Source: Octopus sinensis (taxonomy: Eukaryota). Taken from it: a DNA stretch of 64,000 nucleotides. Numbering within the stretch: position 1 is the first letter of the stretch; the number at the start of each line of letters is the position of its first letter. Below, in pieces: positions 39,607 through 52,519 of the stretch. The notes below the pieces were generated by a model, which worked only from the letters and a program-made list of their open reading frames with translations, ran no database searches and had not been told where the DNA came from. Both the position numbers and the translations under genes were made by a program. Location of the stretch: positions 30,504,001-30,568,000 of the forward strand of contig NC_043007.1 in assembly GCF_006345805.1 (NCBI RefSeq), in the 5' to 3' direction.

Positions 39607-39717
39607 ACATATATAATATATATACATATACATATATATACATATATAATATCTATGCAACATATATATACTATACTATATGTTATATAGTGCTGTACTA
39701 TCTATCTATCTATCTAA

Positions 39718-39754
<37 letters not shown>

Positions 39755-40044
39755 ATCGGATTACACCGTTCTATAATGTGTAGTACGATATAGTATGTAG
39801 TTGTATAATATGAAATAGGGAATATATGAGAGGGCCCTTAAATATAGCACAATGTAGTGTAGACTTCCGTAATATATAGTAAAGTATAGTATTGAGTTCA
39901 CTAAACTATAGTAGTACTATACTTTGACAGCATACGTCATCAGGGTACTATAGGTTTGATTTATGGTGAGTGCAAGAGATATATCTGATTTATATAATTG
40001 AGTCTGTAAGTAGGTGCGCATGCGTGTGTCTGTGGGTGAGTGCG

Positions 40045-40097
<53 letters not shown>

Positions 40098-40222
40098 GTT
40101 GTCTGTCTGTCTGTCTGTTTGTCTGTCTATCTGTATGTCTGTCTATCTGTCTGTCTATCTGTCTGTTCTGTCTATCTGTCTGTCTATCTGTCTGTCTGTC
40201 TGTCTATCTATCCATCTATGTC

Positions 40223-40270
<48 letters not shown>

Positions 40271-40567
40271 ATATATATTTATAGTAGAATATATAAATAA
40301 ATATATATATATGTATGTATATATTATATGTATGTGTATATATATATATGTATATAATGTATATATATACTCATATACATACATATATATCTATATACAT
40401 ATGTATGTGTTTATGTCTATGTTTATGCGAAAGTATGTGTATGTGTATGCGCGTAATGTTATGCATATATGTGCGCCTATGAGAGTATGTTTGTCAATAT
40501 GTCTGTGAACATGTATATATGTACATGGACATATAAGTGTGTGCCTGTGTGTGTGTGTGTGTGTGTG

Positions 40568-40602
<35 letters not shown>

Positions 40603-40774
40603 CTGTGTGTGTGTGTGTGTGTGTGTGTGTTTGGTGTGTCCAACGTGGCCATCTTCACTAAACTGACCACATTAACATATACCGCACACACAGTACCCCC
40701 CCCCACTCTTCCCACACCATCTCCCCCTCTCCACATGACACGCCCCTCCCCAATTAACCCGGTCTCGTACATTG

Positions 40775-40788
40775 GTCACCATGGTAAC
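40775..40788. promoter_or_regulatory. RFX X-box-like motif GTCACCATGGTAAC
   Basis: Exact fit to GTNRCCATGGYAAC, in a short unique GC-richer island that also contains GCCATCTT and CACGCCCC motifs. Confidence 0.4.
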
Positions 40789-40849
40789 AGATTATAACTT
40801 AGTCAACATCTTATCTAAATACAGTTGTCTTCTCTACATCACTCTCTCA

Positions 40850-40891
<42 letters not shown>

Positions 40892-41730
40892 TCTTTCTCT
40901 CATTTTCCCTATCTGCCAGTCTCTCTGTTTCTCTCTCTTTATGTCTCTCTCTGTCTCTCCCTCTCTCTCTCCCTCTCTCTCTCTCTCCCTCTCTCTCTCC
41001 CTCCATCTTTCTCTCTCACTGTCTTTGTTGTTAGCATCTCTCCAAATTAGTCTCTCTCTATTTCTTTCCCTCCCTCAGTCTCACTTTCTTTCTTTCTTTC
41101 TCTCCCTATCTCTCTCTCTCTCTCTCTCTCTCTGCTGCTTATCTTTGTGTCCTTCTTTCTCTCTCTCTGATTATCCTCACATCCCTCTCTCTCTCTCGCT
41201 CACTCTCTCTCTCTTTCCTCTTTTTCTATCTCTCTCGTTTTTCTTTCTTGTAACAACACTCGGAATGTCTTTCTCTCTCTCTCACTTTCTCTCTCTCTCT
41301 CTCACTTTCTCTCTCTCTCTCACACTTTCTCTCTCTCTCTCACACTCTCTCTTCTCTCTCTCTCTCTCACTTTCTCTCTCTCTCTCACTCTCTCCCTCTC
41401 TATACGGTTTCTCCTTTCGTATCTTCTTTTCTCTATTTCTCATATTTTCTCTTTCTTCTTCACTCTTTCCGTAGTACATGCACCGACTCTCTCTCTCCCT
41501 CTCTACCCTCTCTCTCCTCTCTCTCTTGCCTTGCTTCTTCTTCTCGTATCTCCTCCTCCACTCCCTCTTTCTCTCTCCCTCCCTCTCTCTCTCTCCTTTT
41601 CTCGCTTTCATTCTCATGATTATTGTCGAGCACACTCTTTCCACCTTTATTTCTCTTTCCCTCATTTACTATCTCCTCTCCCTCTTTCCCCATCACACTC
41701 TCTCTCTCACCTCTCCCCTTGTCTCTTCCC
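40850..41730. repeat. ~0.9 kb (CT)n-rich polypyrimidine tract
   Basis: Direct inspection. Confidence 0.95.
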
Positions 41731-42101
41731 ATCTCTCCCCCACTCTTCCCCCTTCTCTCCTTCTTTCTGCATCCGTATATCTATCACAGCATCCTCATCA
41801 TTACCGTCAACAACACCGGCTCTTCATCACCAATACCAAAGACTGCTGATAACAACGTCATCATAAGCCATTAATGAAGGTTCTACCTGGTCCTTTGGCC
41901 TGCTAGAAAGCACAGTCAAATTTCCTTTCATTCATATTCGACTATTTAAAAAATATTTGACAGCATATGTTAAATTATTTAATCGTAGGAGCCTTTGCAA
42001 AGACGGGATGGTCTTTGTTGGAACGCTTTTGGTCTGCTTGATCAGAGCTCACCTGAAGCTAAACATCATAAAGAACATCAACAACAGCATAGACATCCCA
42101 G

Positions 42102-42166
<65 letters not shown>

Positions 42167-42948
42167 ACTACTACTACTGCTACTACTACTACTACTGGCT
42201 CGCCATTGCGGCCACATACCATTTGTAGCGTTATCTTCCCAGCTATCTGCCATATAAACCGGTTCACTGTTGTCTGGTCGACTTTATTTCTAAATTCTTT
42301 CTTGGGTGTCATGTCTGCTGGCTGACCTCCAGCTATACATAGACAGAGCGCTGAACATCAGCACAACATGGCGGAACGTGAGGGAATGTTGCGCAACACG
42401 GTGGAATGTGGCCATGGTTGGTGGGACATAAGCGGACATGGTGAACGGGACGGGCCACTGTATGAAGGAACATCGTGTGACATGGGGGATTATATGGTAG
42501 AGCACAGTGTAATGGGATTTGGTCGAACATGACGAGGTAAAAGTAGTCGGCGGTGCTTTAAAAATATCTAAGAATCTGGTGAGGCATGGGTCATACATGG
42601 CAGGAAGTAGGTGACTCGTGTCTTTGAGTGTTTTCATGTTTATAAACATAAGCGCTGATACAATTACGCCAGGGCATCACACTAATGTTTGCACACAAGT
42701 GCATACTTGTAGTTCAAATTCTTTTAAGGAAAATGAAAGGTTCTCCTAATCAAACTGAGTGATTGATTGACACTTTACAGTGGAAATCTATTAATTATCA
42801 ATAAATCTATAAAATTATCGATTGTTCACAGCTTGATCCATCGCAGGCTTCAATTTTGCAAAGGAAAACCTCAGATAAAGATCAAAAGGATACATACATA
42901 CATACATACATGCATGCATACATACATACATGCATGCATACATACATG

Positions 42949-43260
42949 TGACCGCTACATCACATCACACTTCTTTGCAATCCATGAACAGAAGATTGCT
43001 ATTAAATACCTAATCAATGAAAAAGACCGTGGAACCCTTGGAGTTCCAAAATTCCAAGATGGCAACGAAAATGGAGATTATGTGGTATTTCTGTGGATGA
43101 CATCACAAATGTGGTTAGCAGCGGCCCCAAAATATCATCGCGGTACCACCACCCTATGCGACACGTGTTTTTTGCTAAAATAATGTACAATGTCATTCAG
43201 AAAAAAAAAGACTGTCCAGGAATAAATACGAAGAATCGTCCTAATATTGAAAACGTAAGA
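42949..43260 (+). mobile_element. R4/Dong-type LINE family B internal fragment (CCHC region)
   Basis: DRYITSHF-FAIHEQKIAIKYLI; DDITNVVSS.PKISSRY..PMRH.VFAKIMYNVI.KKDCP; begins right after a (CATA)n run. Confidence 0.7.
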
Positions 43261-43470
43261 ACAAGACAACTCTTGAAAATTTCCCATCAGAACGTCTGTC
43301 AAGTAGGAAACAAACTAGGTATTAGAACTCAGTGGCTAGTTGTCACTTTGAGAACTATATATTTCAAACGGGAATTTGGCAGCACCACCTCTAACCGAGC
43401 AGTTATTCTGTGCTGATGAAGAGAAATAACCCAGAAACCGCTGTACACAGATATTGTTTTGAGCTGAGTG

Positions 43471-43620
43471 GGGGTGCTAGATTCCCTTCTTTGGAAATAT
43501 AAGGACACAGATCGTGTCGTATAGCCAGCTGTAGACGATGTCTCCTAGGACTAAATTACAGCAACATTAGTCCTAAACCAGGACTGCCATGTTACGTTGG
43601 CAAACAATATTTACTACAAA
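43471..43620. repeat. ~150-bp interspersed repeat also at 63315-63465
   Basis: gggtgctagattccctt...gacacagatcgtgtcgta...ccaggactgccatgtta.gttggcaa aligns between the two loci. Confidence 0.85.
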
Positions 43621-43624
43621 GCAG

Positions 43625-43868
43625 GTATTGTTTACATTATTTACATTATTTATATAATTTACATTTGACGGATATTTGTCCTCATCTTGTTTCGGCAGAC
43701 ATACCCTCCAGCCTTCATCAGGTGTCTTGGGGAAATTTCGAACCTGGGTTCTCATTTCTAAGGTATTTTTCGATGTTGTTATTGTTGTTATCACTGCCTG
43801 GAATCGAACTCGGAATCTTGGAGTTAGTAGCCCGCGGTCTTAACTACTACGCCATATACCCGTGGGCA
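43625..43868 (-). mobile_element. tRNA-headed SINE with hammerhead-like body (ribozyme partly deleted)
   Basis: A box tggcgtagtagttaag, B box gagttcgattcc, body with CTGATGA-aggctgg...ctgcc-GAAAC; reverse complement of 43913-44070 apart from an internal deletion. Confidence 0.8.
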
Positions 43869-43912
43869 TAATAATAATAATAATAATAAGAAGAAGAAGA
43901 AGAAGAAGAAGA

Positions 43913-44095
43913 AGAACATCGAAAAATACCTTAAGAATGGGAACCCAGGTTCGAAATTTCCCCAAGACACCTGATGAAGGCTGGAAGGTATATCAGCTGA
44001 AACGTTGTGTTAATAACAAACAAGATGAGGACAAATATCCGTCAAATGTAAATAATGTAAATAATTCCTCCTCCCTTAAATATGGAACTGTATTA
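43913..44095 (+). mobile_element. Headless copy of the same SINE body
   Basis: High identity to the reverse complement of 43625-43780; preceded by (TAA)n(GAA)n. Confidence 0.8.
43966..44011 (+). ncRNA. Minimal type-I hammerhead ribozyme motif (Penelope-type)
   Basis: Helix I gacac/gtgtt; core CTGATGA (43971-77); helix II ggctg/cagct with a 10-nt loop; GAAA (43999-44002); loopless palindromic helix III AACGTT; putative cleavage triplet GTT. Confidence 0.65.
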
Positions 44096-44189
44096 AACTA
44101 GGGACAAATAAGAAAAAGCATTTTTTTTCTCTCATGTCTTACTTTTCAGTCTAAAATGAATCAGAAATGGTTGAAAATAAAATTGTTCT

Positions 44190-44465
44190 GAGGACTTTGG
44201 TCTTTCTTGACCCCCAGGACCCATAAAACCGGAGCGTTACTCGGTTCACTGCGATTGTAACACTTCCCACCTCCTGAACAGGACGCTTGTCCCTCGCATG
44301 GTTAACTTCCCAGGTTTTGTTGTAACTCATTTGCAACAGAAACAACTGAATCAACGTGAAAAGAAATGTTCTACTTAAAATTGAAACGCACTGCGCTATC
44401 TGTGAACCGAAACCGCGATCTTACGGTCGGGAGTGCAACGCTCTAACCACCAGGCCACGCACCTT
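44190..44465 (-). mobile_element. Diverged tRNA-derived SINE (family 2-related)
   Basis: gtgcgtggcctggtggttagagcgttgcactcc head, ggtttcggttc B-box region, CORE-like middle. Confidence 0.6.
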
Positions 44466-45213
44466 CACAATCCTAAAAGCGAAAACAAAAAATAGTGGCA
44501 ACTGGAATAATTTTTACCATCGACCTCCTCCATCACTGTTAATCTAGGACAACAGCAACAACAAGAACAAGAACAACAGTCGACTTTTTCTAAATTTTAT
44601 TCACTGTTTTATGTTTAACAACGGAAGCCATTACCCGCTTCCTATGTTTGAAGCTCTGTTTTTTTCCCCTCTCAATTTCATTAAATATTGATCCCTATCG
44701 AAGGCACAAGGCCACATGTTTAATGCGATCATTGGTGTAATCGATACATTTACTGCACATACCACATTTGTGATTTGTATTTCATTCCTGATCTCCAAGA
44801 ATATTTTTTTATGGAAAACTCTTTAGTTCGGTGCTTCTCCGTATTCCACCGGTTCCAGGGCTGAGGCAAGGTTTACATTATTAACACCTCAACGTACATT
44901 GGCCATGTGCCAAGCGTTATACAATATAACGACGTCCCATGTTAGTAATTCTTTGAGAAATATTTCATTAAAAGATTCTTCGAACGATCCGAAGACCTTT
45001 TTTTTTTTTTAATTACATTTTTGCCTTTCTTTTGCAATATTCCATTTTCTTCTGGATCGCTTCAGGTCTTTAATTTAGGGCACGTGTGTAAACAAGGGCC
45101 ACTTCCACGCAATAACCATCGCAGCGGAAGAATTTTTTATTCGTAAATACTTTAGTAAAACGTTAATGTAGATTGATAGAGACGTGCACACAGACACAGA
45201 CACACACACACAC

Positions 45214-45259
<46 letters not shown>

Positions 45260-45407
45260 ACACACACGCACGCACGCACGCACACACGAACTCATACAGA
45301 TACAGATACACAATCACACACATAAATGAAGTCCTAAACGCAACGACCGATACATTTGTACAAGGCGCGTTCATTATGGCACAATCTGTGCGTATGTATA
45401 TATGCGA

Positions 45408-45464
<57 letters not shown>

Positions 45465-45537
45465 CTTATATATAGAATTATATATATCTATATAGACAGA
45501 TAGATATAGATATAGATATATGCATACGTACGCACCC

Positions 45538-45583
<46 letters not shown>

Positions 45584-45692
45584 TTATGTATGTATGCATG
45601 CATGTATGTATGTATATATATATATTATATATATATATATATATATGTGTGTGTATGTGTATATATATGTATGTATGTATATAGATATATAC

Positions 45693-48660
45693 ATAAACTT
45701 AGATATGTTTCGACCAAAGATTGGTCCAGGCCATGTCTAACTTAATAGCACCACCTGATAGGATTATTCGAATCCTGTTTAAGTCAAGTTTTGTTCAAGT
45801 AGTGAGTTCTTGTTGGGTGAGTTATATCCAATTATGGGTGGCTTATCTGGTATTCTTTGAAGGAATCTATCCAGACTCTGTTTAAAGTTGATGGGATCCT
45901 TTTCCTCTTTGATCTCCCTCGGGACAATGTTAAATAGGGCAGGGCCTGTTGAGGAAAAGAAATTATGTTGCAGTGTACATGTATGTTGTGATCTTTAATT
46001 GGGCAGGGGACGTATAGCCCGTGGTCCAAGTCTTGGATGAACCTTGAAGCTAATGTTTAGGTCGTTTGGGCAAAGTTGGCAAAGTATATTTTCCACATCG
46101 TACAAATGATGTACCGCTCACGGCGACGCTGGAGGGAGTAAAGTTTCAAGGCTTTAAGGCGATCCCAATAATCGAGAGCAGCCATGCCTTCAATTTGTTT
46201 AGTGAGTGCCCTCTGGGGTGACTCATTCTGGAGATTTTTGTCTTGTGTGGAGGAGACCACAGTGGCAGCAGTATTCAAGGTGTGGCCGTACAAAGGAGGA
46301 AACAAGTGGTATGATGACACCTGTGTTCTCTGGACTGGAAAGTTCTTAAGATCCAGAACTCATCCTCCGAGCTATATCGACCTTCTTGTTGATGTGTGCA
46401 CTCCAACTGAGATCGTCATCAACAATTACACCAGGTCTCTGATATTGTTAGAGGCTGTGAGCGGTTCCCCTGAAGGAAGAGAGTATGGTTTTTTTTAGTG
46501 AGGAATTTCTTCCAAAATGCATCAGCTCAAATTTTCCACATTCAGTTGCATTTTGTTTCTGTCTGCCCATTTGACTCATAGCATATAGATCAGACTGGAG
46601 TTGAGTTCGGTCTGCTTCTTCATTGACGATTTGCTGGAGCTTAGTGTCATCAGCAAATATTTTCACTTTGCAGTAATGTACGACACTGGAAAGGTCGTTT
46701 ACGTTAATTATGAAGAGTAGCGGACCCCAAACATTTCCCTGGGGAAACCGCTGGTGACTTTTGCTGGTTTGAGTGGACTCCATCAACTACAACATTTTGT
46801 GTTCTATTCGCCAGGAATACTTAATCCAGTGTAGAACTTTTCCACGGATTCCAACATTTGCCAATTTTGAGAGTAGGATGTTATGGTCTACCCTGTCGAA
46901 CGCTTTACTGAAGTCAAGATATATGACGTCAGAGTTCGAACCTGTTCCCAAGGCTTTGAGTACATCTTCAATGTGGGTAAGAGCTGTGTTAGACAGTCCC
47001 TGCCACAGCGAAAGCCATGCTGATTTGCATTTAGGAGTTTGTGGTCTCCAGGAAGTCAGCTATCCTTGATCTTAACACTCTTTTCAAACACTTTAATGAG
47101 TGGGAGGTGAGTGAGATTGGGCGATAGTTGACTGCGAGGGATCTGTTTCCCTGTTAAAACCGGGATGACCGACTGGGATAGAAACTTTTTCGGTATATAA
47201 CCTGCGTCTAACGAGTTTCTCCAGAGTTGGTCAGAGGGACTGCAAGTTGGTATCTACATTCCTTCAGGAGACTAGCGGGGATCTATCAGGGCCTACAGCA
47301 GAGTAATGTTTGACCTCATTTATTGCTGCTACGATGTCAGTGGCAGTGAAGGTTATGTCTGAGATTTTGTGTTGGGAGTCAACTCGTTCGTTTCCCTACG
47401 TCAATATCAGTGGGAACACTAAGACAAGCAGTATTGTTTCTGCAGTATTTCGCTATTTCTTTAGCATCGTGTCGGGGATGCCGTTATCATCAATCAATGG
47501 CCCAATGGGGTGAGACAGTGGTTCTATGCTTATTGCATAAGAATAGAACACTTTTGGGTTCTGTTTGATGTTTTTGTTTACCCATTGTTCCTCCACAGCT
47601 CTTTGATTTCAATGGAGGTTTTCATGTTGGTCTGCAAATTAAGTTTTTCCAGCCTAGTATTTTATTCATTGTTGTGAATGTGGATGTTGTGTGTGGAATA
47701 TTTAATTGTTGTTTTTTTTGTTGAGTCTTTTGATGCGCCTGATGAGTGTTTTTTTTTTCTTTTTAGGGACCGGTTCTGTTGTGTTAGTAGATTTCTTGGA
47801 GCGTGTTTAGGGCATGTATAGGTGACAATGTTTTCAAAGTGCTGCCACGCGGTCTCAATATGAGAGGAATTGAGAGTAAAAGACCAGTCGATGGAAGACA
47901 GATCCTTTCTGATTGTTCCCCAGTCCGCTTTGTGGAAGTTTATGTTGTCAAATGGGTGCCATGGAGTGGGATTGGCTGGTTTGGCTTTTATATGTCGGGA
48001 ATTAAGATTGCAGAGTACCATGTCGTGGTCTGAGAGGAGAGTTTTTTCGACTGAAATACTGTGAACGTAGCTAGAGTGATTGGTCAATACCAGATCCAAG
48101 ATCGTTTTATTCTGTCTCTGGTGGTGGTGGTGGTGGTGGTGGTGGTGGTGATGGCGGTGGTGGTGGTGGCAGCGACCGTGTTCCTTGTAGGTTTGGCGAT
48201 GGTGAGCATGCAGAGGGTTGTCTTATTTCTCTTGTACTCTCTGACGATGACGATTGATGGTTAAGGATGAGGATAACGATAACGATCACGAGAATGATGG
48301 TGATGCTGATGCTGGTGCTGTTGTTGCTGTTGTTTTTAAGCAACAAGACGGGTAAGGGTGATTAGGCGATGGTCGAGGGCTTAGGGGCGGGAGACCCCAG
48401 ACCTTGGAAGCAAAAAAACACTTTGGCCGTCTTGTTGTAGTCGAGGGCTCTTCGTTGACGCCCGACACCACTGAGTGGTGGCCCTCGAAGTCGCTAGAAA
48501 TGAAGATCTCCAGGTCCATATTCTTGAACGGCTGACGCTGGTGCTGGTGTCGGTGCTGGTAAGGATGATGTTGATGAGGTCTGAAATTAAGAGCTGTAAT
48601 TCTGAAGCAACCCTTTTCATAAATTTCGCTCCCAAGTTCAACCGGAAGTAAAGAACATCA
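45693..48660 (-). mobile_element. Second CR1/L2-type LINE (LINE-B), decayed, internally deleted
   Basis: DLVLTN...SDH (APE end), NFHKADW, YRPISLT, YLDFSKAFDRVDH, PQGNVWGPLLFII, IFADDTKL, YSLQRRRERY; many frameshifts; probable ORF1 remnant 48100-48660. Confidence 0.88.
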
Positions 48661-48669
48661 ACAAGCATC

Positions 48670-48865
48670 AACATGGCGCAATCGTTTAACGGCATTTCGT
48701 CTGCTTTTACGTTCTCAGGTTCAAATGCCACCCAAGTCGACTTAACTTTTCATCCTTTTGGAATCAATAAAGTAAGTATCAGTTGAAAAACGGGGGTCGA
48801 TGTAATCGATTTACTCCGCCCGCGAAATTGCTGGCCTTGTGCCAAAATTTGAAACCGTCATTTCA
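48670..48865 (+). mobile_element. Meta-domain-like SINE (tail B)
   Basis: ggttcaaatgcc B box, gtcgacttaacttttcatcc core, gaaattgctggccttgtgccaaaatttgaaacc tail. Confidence 0.75.
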
Positions 48866-49309
48866 TAACACATAACTCCTACAACATAAAATCGTCCGGT
48901 TAAAATTCATAACAGACCCCACATGACCATCTGTAATCCATAAACATAATCCACATGCCAAACCACTACATGCACAACACACTATCTACACATTGACCAG
49001 CAATCCTGATCCTAAATCCAAAATCGACCACCCATGGCCATCGACACCGCACAACATTGAATCCCTTATCCACAGAAATCGAATCCAACAAATTTCGTTC
49101 AAAATCGACAAAGAAACCCACTCTACATAATCCACTCTACAGAACTCAACAAGCTTTAATCCGATTTACGTAAGCCATTAGCAATGCTGGATTTGTTGTA
49201 AGTGGAGTACTCGCTGACAGTTTATCAGAACATTTTTGTCGCTCATAAGATTAATAAGGCTGCTTGGTCCCAACTTGTTCAGCTGATCGCTCTTCTCTGC
49301 CCGACTATA

Positions 49310-49645
49310 AAAAGCTGGCCCTCTGTCGGTGACGACGATGAGCATTGCAGTTGATGAAATCAACGGAACAACCTGCACGTGAAATTCACATGCAAGTGGC
49401 TGAGTACTCCACAGACACACGTAACCTTCACATAGTTCCTAGGGAGATTCAGCGTGACACAGAATGCGACAAAGTCGGCGACTTTGGATTACACTTCCAA
49501 CTCATTTGTGGCAGCTGAGTGGACTGAGACAATGTGAAATGATGTGTTTTGCTCAGGGAAACAACGCTATGCCGGAAATCGAACTCACATCTTTGCGATC
49601 GTGAGTCGAATGCACTTAAGCAGTAAGCCACGCACCTTCACTGTC
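49310..49645 (-). mobile_element. SINE family 2, full length, diverged
   Basis: Collinear with 38030-38352. Confidence 0.85.
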
Positions 49646-50534
49646 CACTAAAGACAAGATTTCATCTCAGTCCATATATGGTGCTTACTGGAATCTGTAG
49701 ATATATTCTGAAGTACAACCACATCATTCTAACACGACAATGTTAATGGTGGAGAGAAGAAGGCAAGCAAATAGATTTCGACAGTTTATTTCATGGTTTC
49801 TATTGGGGTGATGATGATGATGATGAGGAGGAGGAGGAGGAGGAGGATGGTGGTGGTGGGGTGGTGGTGGTGGTGGTTGTGGTGGGGGTGGGGGTGATGG
49901 TGATAATGATGATGATGATGATGATGACGACGATGATGATGGTGGTGGTTGTGGTGGTGGTCGTGGTGATGATGGTGATGATGATGATGATGACGACGAC
50001 GATGACGATGAGGAGGACGAGGAGAAGCACCGGATGATGGTGGTGGTGGTGGTGATAACGATGTTGTTCAATTTCCGTTGCATCCTCATGAACACCGCTA
50101 CATCACTTGTCTGTGTATATCTAATTCTCCCATAAATCCTTGTAAGAAACTAACGCTGATTATTCGTAAGGTGGGTGATTTGGCAGCTATTTCGGGCAAG
50201 ATGACCGACCACATAAAGCCTCTTTCTCATTGTTGCTTCAACTTTAGCTGACCAGTGACCACATCTATCGATTACCATCGGTCATTGCCACTGACAACGA
50301 CTGTTTACAATTATACCCAGCTCTCACGTGCTTATCAAATGATAACACTAAGAGACAAGATACAACTTTGATAATTTATGCCGTGTTTATGCCGAATACA
50401 CCCAAATATATCTCTGTCTCCCTCTCTCCCCCATCTCTCCCACCTTCCCCTTCCTCCCTGCTCTCCAATTTATCCGCTCACAATATCTTTCTGACGCGTT
50501 GTTTTATATATGTATATATATATATAATATATAT

Positions 50535-50583
<49 letters not shown>

Positions 50584-50585
50584 AT

Positions 50586-50621
<36 letters not shown>

Positions 50622-50634
50622 GTACATATATATG

Positions 50635-50705
<71 letters not shown>

Positions 50706-50906
50706 ATATGTATATGCATATATCTATCTATATATATATATTTATATATATGCGTATGTGGGCATATGTACATGTATGTTTGTGTGTGTGTGTATGTATA
50801 TGATATACATATATACACATACACATATACAAGGAGAGAAGATAAATGAATTTCAACAGATAGAAACTGAAAGATAGAGAGGTGAATGGATTAGATAGAC
50901 AGATAA

Positions 50907-50961
<55 letters not shown>

Positions 50962-51069
50962 TAGATAGAGAGAAAGGGAGAGAGAGAGAGAGCCCATATA
51001 CACAACAGTATATAAATAGAATGGTACAGAATCTCAGATATTTTTATCCTCCTCTATCTCTCCCAAAGA

Positions 51070-51100
<31 letters not shown>

Positions 51101-51563
51101 GTCACACACACACACACACAATCTTTCTATTTATCAAATTATTTTATACACAATAATAAATTGATATATACTTTTGCCATATATATAGTCTTCTCTCCTC
51201 TCTTTTTCTCCATGTCCTCTCTCCCTTTCACCCTCTCTCCCTCTATCTTTCTCCTTCTATCCAGCTCTTCTATCTCTCACATACACACATGCACACACAC
51301 ACACACACACACATTGTCTCCAGGAACTTGGTGTGAACGAACGAAAGTAAAAGTAATCACAACGTGTTTTTGTCGAGCGCCATTATTAAATCTTCGAGAG
51401 TGATACAATTTCAGCTTTCCTCCGTCTTACGAGGTACGTGCAGCAAATCGCATCAAGACTTATAGCCAACAGCAACGGGATGTGGTGGCGTTAATGAGAT
51501 CAGCCGAATAAACCTTAGGCAAACACTTTCACGCCACACGCACATATATATATATACGTATAC

Positions 51564-51620
<57 letters not shown>

Positions 51621-51977
51621 GGGAGTGGTCGTATAAAACAATAACATAGATATGTTGCGGTTCTCTACAGCTGTTTCAGGCGTGTTCTTTATTGATGAAC
51701 AGACCCGTCACATCATGTAAACAAAACAAAATTAAAAAAAAAACATTATCTTCATGTGAATAAAGAGTAACATGGGAGCAAAACATAAGAAAAGGAGACG
51801 GTCTGGAGATGAGACCGTCAGGGGACGGACAAGGCACAAAACAATAAACAGGGTAAAGGCTTAGGATCAGACGAAGACAACGATTAATAATGATAACGAT
51901 ACATATACAACAAAAGGAAAAAGCCCTGGGGCTGCAAGACAAGACACACTCACACATGCATTCACACACGCACACAT

Positions 51978-52300
51978 AAGGCGCGTGGCTCTGTAGTTAG
52001 AGCATCGAAGTTACAATCATGAGATAGAGAGTTCAATTCCCGGGCCGGGCTGTGTGTTGTTCTTGAGCAAGACACTTTATTTCATGTTGCTCCAGTTCAC
52101 TCATCTGTAGAAATGAATTGTGGGGTCACTGGTACCAAGATGTCTCTGCCTGTCCCTTAGACAACTTCAGGAGCGTGGAAAGGGTGAGACTTGTATGCAT
52201 GGGTGACTGCTGGCCCCCCACAAACATCCTTACCCTGGTGCAATCTCATAATCATAGGTGATGGAAAAGGGGCCCTTATCCCTTATATTTATGTAAAGTG
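51978..52300 (+). mobile_element. tRNA-derived CORE-like SINE (family 2 head/core, different tail)
   Basis: ggcgcgtggctctgtagttagagc, gagttcaattccc, ttcttgagcaagacactttatttcatgttgctccagttcactca. Confidence 0.7.
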
Positions 52301-52519
52301 ACATAGCCTAAAGTGGTGCAATGTGTGCCACGCGTCAGATGTCAAATTTATCGCATAACAACGTGAAAAAGAAGTGTTTTACTAAAAAAACACGAAGCAC
52401 CACCACGTCCAGGAAAGGAAACCATGATAGGCACGCGTGCTCGTGCGTATATGTTTGTATATATATATATAAATGTGTGTGTGTGTGTGTGTGTGTATTT
52501 CATTCGGTTATATTTCAAG

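Noticed and set aside
51340-51560. Possible 19-nt plus-strand microexon (ttcag|...gag|gtacgt)
   Set aside because: Splice-like words are common by chance, the length is not frame-preserving, and there is no other support.
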